NCBI GenBank assembly: GCA_043803405.1 | Contig: JAZDKB010000002.1 | Coordinates: 1-40,576, forward strand | Length of the DNA: 40,576 nt | Direction of reading: 5' to 3' | Origin: Spirochaetota bacterium | GTDB taxonomy: Bacteria > Spirochaetota > UBA4802 > JAFGDQ01 | Shown here: positions 19,607-28,512 of the stretch, piece after piece | Layout: every line of letters begins with the position of its first letter | Numbering within the stretch: the first letter of the stretch is position 1 | Translations under genes and position numbers: made by a program | Notes under the pieces: model-generated | What the model was told of the DNA's origin: nothing | Databases searched by the model: none | The model's input: the letters and a program-made list of their open reading frames with translations, nothing else

Positions 19607-20485
19607 ATGGAAATAAAAACCGACATATTTTTAGGAGACTGTAAAGAGCAATTAAAATTTGTTCCTACTGATTCAGTTGACCTTATCGTAACATCCCCTC
19701 CTTATGCAGATCAACGAAAAAATACATACGGAGGCATTAGTCATGATAAATACGTAGAATGGTTTTTACCGATTTCAAAAGAATTATTGCGGGTCTTAAA
19801 ACCCACTGGAACATTTATTCTAAATATAAAAGAAAAAGTTGTTAACGGTGAACGAAGCATATATGTCATGGAGCTCATTCTTGAAATGCGCAAGCAAGGA
19901 TGGTTATGGACAGAAGAATTCATCTGGCATAAAAAAAATTGTTATCCCGGAAAATGGCCAAATCGTTTTCGTGATGCATGGGAAAGATTACTTCAATTTA
20001 ATAAAGATCGTAAATTTAATATGTATCAGGAAGAAGTAATGGTTCCTATGGGAGATTGGGCTAACGCAAGATTGAAAAATCTTTCTGATATCGATAAAAT
20101 CCGGGATAATTCAAAAGTAGGGAGCGGATTTGGAAAAAATATATCAAATTGGCTTAATCGAGATAAAGCCTACCCGACAAATGTTTTACATTTAGCAACA
20201 GAATGCAATAACAAGAATCATAGTGCAACTTTTCCGGAAGAATTACCTGAATGGTTCATTAAACTTTTTACAAAAGAAAATGATACGGTTCTTGATCCGT
20301 TTATGGGTTCGGGTACAACATTAAATGTTGCAAAACGGATGAGAAGAAATTCCATTGGCATTGACATAATACCGGAATATTATGAGATGGTTAGGGAGAA
20401 AGTCCAGCCTGTTGAATTATACTTGTTTGAATCAAAGGTAAATTATGGAAAAGTTAAACCTAAAAGACGTACTGCAGTACGTTGA
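19607..20485 (+). CDS. Beta-class amino DNA methyltransferase (probably N4-cytosine)
   Basis: TSPPY catalytic motif precedes DPFMGSGTT SAM-binding motif. Confidence 0.92.
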   Translation: MEIKTDIFLGDCKEQLKFVPTDSVDLIVTSPPYADQRKNTYGGISHDKYVEWFLPISKELLRVLKPTGTFILNIKEKVVNGERSIYVMELILEMRKQGWLWTEEFIWHKKNCYPGKWPNRFRDAWERLLQFNKDRKFNMYQEEVMVPMGDWANARLKNLSDIDKIRDNSKVGSGFGKNISNWLNRDKAYPTNVLHLATECNNKNHSATFPEELPEWFIKLFTKENDTVLDPFMGSGTTLNVAKRMRRNSIGIDIIPEYYEMVREKVQPVELYLFESKVNYGKVKPKRRTAVR

Positions 20486-21194
20486 ACAGAATATTGGCAC
20501 ATTCCATCAAAAACGCATTCTAAGCCTTGACACTTTGAAATTGTCTCGAGTACTTAAACGGAAAAATCCTTACCTTTTTAAAGCAAAGTATGTATTAACC
20601 GCAGAGCAAATTATTAAAGGTCTTGTTGATGCTCATATTTCATCAAATGAAGAAACAATTTTCGGAGACTGGATAGAGGGTCTTGCCATTTTTATAAATG
20701 GGAAGGTTTTTAACGGATATAAATCCGGGATCACCGGTATCGATCTTGAATTTGATGATAATGGAACGAGATATATTGTAACGATAAAATCAGGTCCAAA
20801 TTGGGGCAATAGCTCACAAATCAAAAAAATGGTTACTGATTTTAAAACCGCAAAAAAAGCTCTCAGAACAAGCAACTCTCAATTAAATATTGTAGCCGTA
20901 AATGGATGTTGCTATGGAAGAGAAAATAAACCGGATAAAGGTGATTATTTCAAGTATTGCGGTCAGCAATTCTGGGAATTTATTTCCGGAGACAATGAAC
21001 TATATATTGAAATAATTGAACCACTTGGTCATAAAGCTAAAGAAAAAAATGATGATTTTGTAAAGTCGTACTCCCAAATGATAAATAAATTCACAAAAGA
21101 ATTCGCAAATGATTTCTGCAAAGAAAACGGAGAAATTGATTGGGAAAAACTTGTGCGATTTAATTCCGCTACAGGCAAATTAAATAAAAAGTAG
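20445..21194 (+). CDS. Type II restriction endonuclease (EcoO109I/PmeII-like, PD-(D/E)xK)
   Basis: KNPYLF, EETIFG, GIDLEF...IKSGPNWGN, GQQFWEFISG; 41-nt overlap with the MTase. Confidence 0.8.
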   Translation: MEKLNLKDVLQYVEQNIGTFHQKRILSLDTLKLSRVLKRKNPYLFKAKYVLTAEQIIKGLVDAHISSNEETIFGDWIEGLAIFINGKVFNGYKSGITGIDLEFDDNGTRYIVTIKSGPNWGNSSQIKKMVTDFKTAKKALRTSNSQLNIVAVNGCCYGRENKPDKGDYFKYCGQQFWEFISGDNELYIEIIEPLGHKAKEKNDDFVKSYSQMINKFTKEFANDFCKENGEIDWEKLVRFNSATGKLNKK

Positions 21195-21361
21195 AAATCT
21201 AACAATAGTATGAATTAGAGATGTGAACCACCATTTGCTTTTTTTTGAAATATATTTGGTATTTTAGCTTTCCTTGCTTTGCAGTTCTGCTTCGCAAGTT
21301 GCACTGCTTATTCGTTCATTAATATTTTAACCATTTTGCTTCATAAAACATAAGGTAATAA

Positions 21362-22225
21362 ATGCGAAGTTTTATTTGCTGTGTGTTTATTTTAGCGCTG
21401 ATGACCGGCATACCGGCCAGTGCCGAAGAGGAAATCGAGGGAGCAATCGGCGATGAAACAACCGGCTTCAAAATTCATCCGCTAACCGAAATAATAGACT
21501 ACAACAGATCGAATAATATTGAAAACGGTTTTTCTACCCATAGAACGAATTACTTCCTGCCTGTTGCCGTATCCGATTGCACCCAAAACAGAAAGGATAA
21601 GGAAGTAAAATTTCAAATCAGCGTAAAGCAGAGGGTGGTTCGGTTTTACGGCTGGGCTTTTTATCTGGCATATACGCAAAAATCGTTCTGGCAGGCTTAC
21701 GACAAAAAGAACTCATTTCCATTCCGCGAAAATAATTTTAACCCGGAATTATTCATCCGAACAAAGATGTGGATAGGCATCCGTGCCGATCTTGGGATTG
21801 AACACGAATCTAACGGGCAGAAACTGCCTTACTCTCGAAGCTGGAACAGGATATATCTTTCCCCGTATTATGAAAACGATTATTTTATCTGTTCATTAAA
21901 GGCATGGTACAGGCTGAAAGAGAAAAAAAAGAAAGAAGAGATGGATAACGACGGCGATGATAATCCCGATATCGCCCGCTATTATGGGTACAGCGAATTA
22001 AACCTTACAGCAAAATTTCCGTCATTGCGGAATATATGGCTTTCCGGCATATTCCGTTACAATCCGAAATGGAACAAAGGTTCGGCTGAAATTAATCTGA
22101 CAATGCCAATGATTACCAACAGTATGAAATGGATGGTGCAGTACCTGGAAGGCTACGGAGAGAGCCTTATCGATTATAATATACGCCAAAGGAAAATAGG
22201 ATTTGGCGTATGTTTTACCAGGTAG
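21362..22225 (+). CDS. pldA: Outer-membrane phospholipase A (OMPLA)
   Basis: Signal peptide, KFQISVK, YTQKSFWQ, FRENNFNPE, HESNG catalytic motif, SRSWNR, GYGESLIDYN. Confidence 0.9.
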   Translation: MRSFICCVFILALMTGIPASAEEEIEGAIGDETTGFKIHPLTEIIDYNRSNNIENGFSTHRTNYFLPVAVSDCTQNRKDKEVKFQISVKQRVVRFYGWAFYLAYTQKSFWQAYDKKNSFPFRENNFNPELFIRTKMWIGIRADLGIEHESNGQKLPYSRSWNRIYLSPYYENDYFICSLKAWYRLKEKKKKEEMDNDGDDNPDIARYYGYSELNLTAKFPSLRNIWLSGIFRYNPKWNKGSAEINLTMPMITNSMKWMVQYLEGYGESLIDYNIRQRKIGFGVCFTR

Positions 22226-22785
22226 AGAAATCATACCGGCGAAAATAATGCCGCAATGTCGCATTTGAAATTGTAAAATTAAAATACGTAATAAAATTTT
22301 TGAGGACGCTTTTCGCACCCTGAAGAAAAAACAATAAAAAATTTGAAAAACTCAAACAATCCTGAAAAATTTTGTCCTTTTTAACCATTAAAAATAAACA
22401 CGATACAGTAATAGTATTAATGTCCTATCATAAATTGAACAGGCAAAAAATTATTTGCTCTAAATTAAAAAATTTTATTTATTTTGGAACTTTTTAAAAA
22501 TAATGGGGTCAAATATTATAATGACACAAAAAAAAAGCCTTCGTGCAAATCAGAAGAAAAGTATTTCACCTTTTAACAAGATGTTAGCTCACTTCCCGCC
22601 CTCTTCGCTTGGTAGGTGAGAGAGCGAATTACCCGCTTACCCGCACGAAGCATTTGGCCAGATCTTCACGCAGGAGGAACGTGTCAATCTTTAACCTGCG
22701 ACGATTTTTATTAAGATCATAAATTACATATTTTAGAAGAGGTAATATATGAAAATATCAATATCAATCTCTTGAGGTAGTAACC

Positions 22786-24051
22786 GTGATTCCGTTTCTG
22801 CACATAGGGATATCCTTTGCATTTTTCGCGATTATTTTCTTTTTAAGCAGGCGGCCGTTCAGGCTTGAAGATAAAGTTGCGTCCGCTTTTTTATTTTTCC
22901 TCGGCTTCCCAATGCTTATTAAGCTTATTATTATCGGAGCATTAAATATTCCTCTCCCGGACATAATTTTATCAATAAAAAGCTATCCTTTTACATACGG
23001 GCCTTTTTTGTATTTTTATACAACATTCGAAATTGATCCAAAGCCTGTCTTTAAAAAGATATATTTGCTGCATTTTTTACCGTTTATATTGTTTGCAGTG
23101 CTGCCATTTATTTTTCCGGAGTTCGACCCCGTTCAACCTGGAAAAATTATTGAAAGAAGATATGAAATTGAAAACAGATATAATAATTTGACGCCACCTC
23201 CGGATATTCAAAAAAAATCTGAGATGCCTGCGGCTGGTTTAATGCCTCCACCTGGAATTCACGAAAATATATCTTTCCCGGAGCCTCCCGACTTAAATAT
23301 GATGATGTATTTTACTCTCTTACTTGTAGTTATTTCATTTTTGGTTTATACAACACTTATTCTGCTGCTTTTACAAAGGCATAAGAAAAATATTTCTGAA
23401 TATTTTTCTTATGATTCAATCATGCTTAACCTTAAATGGCTGCAGTGGGTAACGCTATGTTTTGTGATTGCGTATTTATTTGTATTTTTAAGTGCGCAAA
23501 TCACCCCGGAAATATATGCACATCCTTTTCTTGACCGCAGAATAAGTCCCGATATTGCCCTTACGTTTTTTATTTTCGCATTCAGTTTTTTTGCCGTAAA
23601 ACAGCCGGTCATTTTCAGGAATATGGATAAAGCCGAAAGTAATGGATATATTAACAAGGAAAAGTTGAAAAAATATGAGAAATCCGGACTAAAAACAGCA
23701 GAAGCGGAAAATTATCTTGACACCATTGAACAATTTATGGGAGCGGAAAAACCTTATCTTGAGTGCGATCTGACCATATTGGATGTATCCAGGAGACTCG
23801 ATATACCCAGGCACCATCTGACCCAGGTCATTAACGAAAGACTGCGAAAGAATTTTTTCATGTATATAAATGAATACAGAGTAAATGAAGCCAGGCAGAT
23901 GATGACGGACGAAAATTATAAAGATTATACTATACTGAGAATAGCTTACGAATCAGGATTTAATTCCAAATCGGGATTTAATACTGTTTTTAAAAAACTC
24001 ACCGGTTACACGCCTACAGAATACAGAAAAAAAGCAAGCTCCGGCGTTTAG
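22786..24051 (+). CDS. Membrane-embedded AraC-family transcriptional regulator
   Basis: Multiple TM helices then KPYL, SRRLDIPRHHLTQVIN, NEYRV, IAYESGFNSKSGFNTVFKKLTGYTPTEYR. Confidence 0.9.
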   Translation: MIPFLHIGISFAFFAIIFFLSRRPFRLEDKVASAFLFFLGFPMLIKLIIIGALNIPLPDIILSIKSYPFTYGPFLYFYTTFEIDPKPVFKKIYLLHFLPFILFAVLPFIFPEFDPVQPGKIIERRYEIENRYNNLTPPPDIQKKSEMPAAGLMPPPGIHENISFPEPPDLNMMMYFTLLLVVISFLVYTTLILLLLQRHKKNISEYFSYDSIMLNLKWLQWVTLCFVIAYLFVFLSAQITPEIYAHPFLDRRISPDIALTFFIFAFSFFAVKQPVIFRNMDKAESNGYINKEKLKKYEKSGLKTAEAENYLDTIEQFMGAEKPYLECDLTILDVSRRLDIPRHHLTQVINERLRKNFFMYINEYRVNEARQMMTDENYKDYTILRIAYESGFNSKSGFNTVFKKLTGYTPTEYRKKASSGV

Positions 24052-24079
24052 CTTTTCAGACTAACATTCCACATTTTTC

Positions 24080-24244
24080 TTTCAAGGCGTAATACCTAGA
24101 CGCTTGCGTCGAGGATGAAATCCTATCGATTTGCGAAGTAAATCGATAACGCCGATAACGCTTTGAAACATAATACATCTGGTTCGCGTCGGCCGACACC
24201 GAAGGTGGCGGCTGGTACGTCAGAACCAAAGGCTTGCCCCGGGG
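24080..24244. repeat. Cluster of nested palindromes resembling IS200/IS605-derived palindromic elements
   Basis: TTTCAAGGCGT/ACGCTTTGAAA enclosing GACGCttGCGTC and TATCGATTTGC/GTAAATCGATA; then TGGTTC...GAACCA stem and GGCTTGCCCCGGGG. Confidence 0.5.
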
Positions 24245-24290
24245 AATTTTATTTTAATGCACAATTCAATATCGAATTTAAAAAAAAGTT

Positions 24291-24316
24291 GTCCAAGCTT
24301 AGCGGGCAGGTCGATT
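24291..24316 (+). promoter_or_regulatory. Putative regulator binding site, copy 1
   Basis: GTCCAAGCTTAGCGGGCAGGTCGATT, 21/26 identical to 26622-26647. Confidence 0.55.
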
Positions 24317-24430
24317 CACCGGTAATAATGATTTATGTTTTTCATGTATTGAATAAAATAACCGGAAGTCTGGTATAGCCATTTTCCCATCCGGTTGTAA
24401 ATTAAATAAATTTCAATAAGGAGATTCTTA

Positions 24431-24688
24431 ATGAAAAGAACAATTATTTTTACAGCAAGTCTTTTGCTGTTTGCGTTTTTTGCTTCTGCTGCAATCGGCC
24501 GTCCGGGCGGAGGCGGGAAAGGGCCTTTTGAAGCAATGGACACGGACAAGGACGAAAAGATATCTGAGGCCGAGTGGACCGCTTTTCAGGCAAAGATGTT
24601 CAAGGAGATGGATAAGAACGGGGACGGATATCTTTCAGATGACGAGTTGCGTCCTCCGCGAAGCAAACATGAAGGTATGAATGATTAA
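24431..24688 (+). CDS. Small secreted EF-hand protein
   Basis: Signal peptide; DTDKDEKISEAE and DKNGDGYLSDDE loops; AAGGAG RBS. Confidence 0.85.
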   Translation: MKRTIIFTASLLLFAFFASAAIGRPGGGGKGPFEAMDTDKDEKISEAEWTAFQAKMFKEMDKNGDGYLSDDELRPPRSKHEGMND

Positions 24689-24753
24689 AAAAAAATCATC
24701 AGCATACAACGGTGCTTCAGGCAGTATAATTTAATACTGGAGGTGTCTGACCT

Positions 24754-24803
24754 AAGGGGGTGCCTGGAAAAAATATAGTCAATTCGTGGGCACCCCCTTT
24801 TTT
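24754..24803 (+). terminator. Probable intrinsic terminator
   Basis: AAGGGGGTGCC...GGCACCCCCTT followed by a T-run; the loop is unusually long. Confidence 0.6.
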
Positions 24804-24853
24804 GCATCTGTAATTATGGAACCTATATTCATTATTTTTTTCAGAAGGTTAAT

Positions 24854-25291
24854 ATGAAAAAACACAAATTATTTAGTTTAATTATTATCATTATTTTTTC
24901 TTTGATAAGAATGTCGTGCGGAGAAGATAAAAAAGACGAAATAAAAATGCTGGTTATTTGCGATGGCCCTTTCGAAGGAACCTTTATATATAATTCCGAT
25001 ACCCCGGTGGGATTCGGAGGATCAAGCACGGAAAATCCTTATCATCAAACAGGGAATTCGTATTATTTTCAGAAAACGTTTGATGACCTGGACAGCATAG
25101 AAGTGGACGCGACAAGAGATGAATGTACTGACTCGCTCAAGATAAAAATCTACAGGGATGATGAAAAAATTAAAGAAGAAAGCCTTTCTGCGGACTCGGA
25201 TGATGATTGTAGCGATAATTCGTTAAGCCTGACATACACTTACGATGAAGAAGAAGACGATGATGATTCGACTAGTTCTTCATCATCATAG
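24854..25291 (+). CDS. Hypothetical lipoprotein with acidic/Ser tail
   Basis: Signal ending MSC; C-terminal DEEEDDDDSTSSSSS. Confidence 0.7.
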   Translation: MKKHKLFSLIIIIIFSLIRMSCGEDKKDEIKMLVICDGPFEGTFIYNSDTPVGFGGSSTENPYHQTGNSYYFQKTFDDLDSIEVDATRDECTDSLKIKIYRDDEKIKEESLSADSDDDCSDNSLSLTYTYDEEEDDDDSTSSSSS

Positions 25292-25384
25292 TGAATTTAT
25301 TCTTTGGGATATCGGATATTTTTTTTAGTTTTAACCTCGCTTAAATCAAAAGAATTTAATTATTCATATTAAGAGATAGAATAA

Positions 25385-25918
25385 ATGATGCGTGATATTA
25401 TTATATATCTGGTAATTTTTCTTACTATTGCGAGAGCGTATGTCAATGCTCTGGCAGATGAACAATACAAAAAAAATTATGCTCAAATTGACTTTGATAA
25501 AATGGATTACGACGATTCCAGACAAAAAGATTTCGAAGTTATAATCAAGGAAGTTTGGAAGGCGCCATGGAAACATGACAGCGGTGCAAGCACCGGTATA
25601 TATATGGAAGTGGCTTGCGGGAAGAAATCGTATCTCGTACCTGTTGCTCCTGGCTGGTATTTTGAGGACACAGATAGATTTAAAATAGAAGAAAAAATTA
25701 CAATTCTTGGAGTTGAATCAGTTTTAGTGGGTAAGAGAATTATTCTTCCCAGATTGATCAAAAACGGATCGCGGGAATTATGGATTCGGAATTACGATGG
25801 TAAGCCTTTCTGGTTAATCACATCAAAAAATGACAATTTCAGGAAGATGTCTCCTGGCGGGCAAAGAGGTCCCGGGCAGGGAGGACCTGGCGGGGGAGGT
25901 GGCAAGCCTCCTTTTTGA
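25385..25918 (+). CDS. Exported OB-fold-like protein (MamS/MamX-like pattern) with Gly/Pro tail
   Basis: Signal peptide; VPVAPGWY...KITILG...RNYDGKPFW pattern; GPGQGGPGGGGGKPPF tail. Confidence 0.55.
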   Translation: MMRDIIIYLVIFLTIARAYVNALADEQYKKNYAQIDFDKMDYDDSRQKDFEVIIKEVWKAPWKHDSGASTGIYMEVACGKKSYLVPVAPGWYFEDTDRFKIEEKITILGVESVLVGKRIILPRLIKNGSRELWIRNYDGKPFWLITSKNDNFRKMSPGGQRGPGQGGPGGGGGKPPF

Positions 25919-25986
25919 TCATCGTTTTGTTGAATAAATTCCAAGTACTGCAGCATGTGAGCAGAAAGAAAATTTGAACAGATGGA

Positions 25987-26508
25987 ATGAGGAAGAAGAA
26001 TTGTATGGCAAATAACCTGGTAACAACACGCAATAATCCAAAATTATTTTTTATCATATTAGTTCTATTGTTAACCGGATGTTTAAGCTATAGCTATCGT
26101 GGGCTTGTTGGTGTTGACTCGCTGCCCGACAAGTCAGTTATCGGCATTTCTTACAAGGATTTGGTAGTGAGATATGGCACACCGGAGCGCATTATCCCTT
26201 TTAATCAGGTTAAACCGATTAACATGATCTCTACAGGGGAAGTAAATAAATTTCCGGACAAAGAACTGGGTAATAATAAATCTTACGATTTTATGGCAAC
26301 TTACAACTTTAATGCGAGTTATGATATTTTACTTTATTATCGGGATAGGGGTTATACTTACACATTCTTAATAAAGGACGGCATAGTTATTTCTTTAACT
26401 TCAATGCTGACAAATAAATCCGATGGTATTGGGATTCGTGCCGGCGGCAGTATGGGGGTTATGGGAATGGGAGCAGCCGGAGTTGGTTTAATGTCCTCCA
26501 AAGAATGA
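25987..26508 (+). CDS. Hypothetical lipoprotein (start may be 26005)
   Basis: LLLTGC lipobox. Confidence 0.65.
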   Translation: MRKKNCMANNLVTTRNNPKLFFIILVLLLTGCLSYSYRGLVGVDSLPDKSVIGISYKDLVVRYGTPERIIPFNQVKPINMISTGEVNKFPDKELGNNKSYDFMATYNFNASYDILLYYRDRGYTYTFLIKDGIVISLTSMLTNKSDGIGIRAGGSMGVMGMGAAGVGLMSSKE

Positions 26509-26621
26509 AATTCTTCAGAGCTACCTCCATTGCTAAATGCACTACCGTTTTGTCTTGCAAATCGACAAACTTGTATCCTCCTATTTCTACACCCTTAAAT
26601 AAAACAGTTATTTAAAAAGAG

Positions 26622-26647
26622 GTTCATCCTTAGCGGCAAGGTCGATT
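26622..26647 (+). promoter_or_regulatory. Putative regulator binding site, copy 2
   Basis: GTTCATCCTTAGCGGCAAGGTCGATT, about 100 nt upstream of the AbrB-efflux operon. Confidence 0.55.
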
Positions 26648-26749
26648 ACATGTATATCTCGTAATACATTTCATACAAGTTATACCAAATCATGTTAATT
26701 ATATACCCCTGCTAAAAGTTGGGTTAAGATAATAATAAAAGGAGAAACA

Positions 26750-26983
26750 ATGAATAATATTCCTAAATTTTATGGCAAAATACCGCTGGGTACAAAAGGG
26801 CAGATTGTTATCCCCGCTGAGGCAAGGAAAGCTATGAATATTAAACCCGGAGATAAGGTGATCATCATTTCCGGTCCGCCCCATCACGAAAGGGCAGTAA
26901 CTGTAATACCTGAAGATGATTTCAATAAATTCTTAAAATTTTTTGAAGCCCATGTTGAAGAATTTAAAAATATAAAGATTTAA
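26750..26983 (+). CDS. AbrB/MazE/SpoVT-family DNA-binding protein
   Basis: LGTKGQIVIPAEARKAMNIKPGDKV; AAGGAG RBS. Confidence 0.9.
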   Translation: MNNIPKFYGKIPLGTKGQIVIPAEARKAMNIKPGDKVIIISGPPHHERAVTVIPEDDFNKFLKFFEAHVEEFKNIKI

Positions 26984-27027
26984 AAGATAATTTATAAACT
27001 TAGAATTTTTCTTATGGAGCGTAACTT

Positions 27028-28512
27028 ATGATTTTTCGCAATAAAGTATTATTTTTTTATATGATCCTGGTGATGTTTTTCCTTTTCGGATGCGTCACTG
27101 TTGGGCCGGATTATGTCAAACCAGAAGTGTCGTCCCCTGCCGGATGGAATAACCAGCTCATCAAAGATTCAGAGGATAAAAAAAATAATACGAATAGTCT
27201 GGCAGAGTGGTGGAAGACTATTAATGATCCCATACTTTCCAGCCTGATAGAACGGGCTGTAGCAGGCAATCTTGATGTTAAGAATGCAGTCGCTAAGGTT
27301 CGCGAGGCGCGTGCAAACCGCGGGATTGAGGAAGCTGGTTATTATCCTGCTGTCGATGCTACAGGTTCTGCTACACGGGAAAGAAATAAAAATTTAAAAC
27401 AAGGCAGCAATACAAATCAAAATTTATATTCTACAGGCATTGATGCCAGTTGGGAAATTGACTTATTCGGAGGTGTGCGCCGTTCTGTGGAAGCAGCTAC
27501 TGCTACTCTTCAGGCAAGAGATGAAGATCTGCGCAATACACTTGTTTCACTATTGGGTGAACTGACTCTGAATTATATAGATGTCAGGACTTATCAGGCC
27601 AGAATAAGGGTCGCGGAAGGAAACCTTGCAGCGCAGGCAGAAACATATCAGCTGACATTATGGATGAAAGAAGCTGATCTCAGCGATCAACTGGCAGTGG
27701 AACAGGCTCGCTATAGTCTTGAAAGCACACGCTCTAAAATCCCAGCTTTGCGCATAGGCCTTGAAAAGGCAATGAACCGTATTTCAGTTCTTATAGGAGA
27801 ACAGCCGGGAAAACTACGTGGAGAATTAAACAAAGAAGAACCTGTTCCGGTTGTTTCTCCTGAAATTACGATAGGTGTTCCTGCTGAGGTTCTCAGGAAC
27901 AGGCCGGATATTCGGAGTGCAGAACGCGAGCTGGCTGCACAAACAGCAAAGATCGGCGTGGCTACAGCTGAACTATACCCGAAGTTCACGTTAGGCGGAT
28001 CAATAGGTCTGGAAGCTACAACAGGAATTTCATCTTCAAGTACAGGCCTGGTTTTAAGCGGAGGCCCTTCTATCAGCTGGGGTATCTTCAGGGCAGGGGC
28101 AATACGTCAAAATATAAAGGTGCAGACAGCCCTTCAGGAGCAGGCTCTCATTAAATATGAGGCTACTGTCCTCGGTGCTCTTGAAGAAGTTGAAAATGCT
28201 CTTAAGGCTTTTGCAGAAGAACAGCAGAGAAAGAGCTCGCTTGGCGGGACGGTTCAGGCTGCCGTAAAAGCGGTCGAGCTAGCTCAGTACAAATACAAAG
28301 CAGGGCTGACGGATTTTAACAGCGTTCTTGAAGCGCAGCGTTCTCTTTTGTCATATCAGGATGAGCTTGCTCAAAGCGAGGGTACTGTTGTTTATAATCT
28401 GGTAAGTCTTTATAAAGCTCTTGGAGGCGGATGGAAATCATTTGCCCCCGAAGAGAACAATATTAATAAAACAAAAAGCACAACTAATGATGGAGATAAA
28501 AATGAAAAATAA
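27028..28512 (+). CDS. NodT/OprM-family outer-membrane efflux lipoprotein
   Basis: GCVTVGPDY lipobox, WEIDLFG, RPDIRSAER, LYKALGGGW. Confidence 0.93.
   Translation: MIFRNKVLFFYMILVMFFLFGCVTVGPDYVKPEVSSPAGWNNQLIKDSEDKKNNTNSLAEWWKTINDPILSSLIERAVAGNLDVKNAVAKVREARANRGIEEAGYYPAVDATGSATRERNKNLKQGSNTNQNLYSTGIDASWEIDLFGGVRRSVEAATATLQARDEDLRNTLVSLLGELTLNYIDVRTYQARIRVAEGNLAAQAETYQLTLWMKEADLSDQLAVEQARYSLESTRSKIPALRIGLEKAMNRISVLIGEQPGKLRGELNKEEPVPVVSPEITIGVPAEVLRNRPDIRSAERELAAQTAKIGVATAELYPKFTLGGSIGLEATTGISSSSTGLVLSGGPSISWGIFRAGAIRQNIKVQTALQEQALIKYEATVLGALEEVENALKAFAEEQQRKSSLGGTVQAAVKAVELAQYKYKAGLTDFNSVLEAQRSLLSYQDELAQSEGTVVYNLVSLYKALGGGWKSFAPEENNINKTKSTTNDGDKNEK

Noticed and set aside
21197..21320. Possible attC after the restriction gene
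   Set aside because: RYYYAAC is present but no convincing complementary arm or GTTRRRY was found
22530..22700. Assignment to c-di-AMP, M-box, cobalamin or T-box riboswitch
   Set aside because: Only scattered short resemblances; conserved cores are not in the correct order
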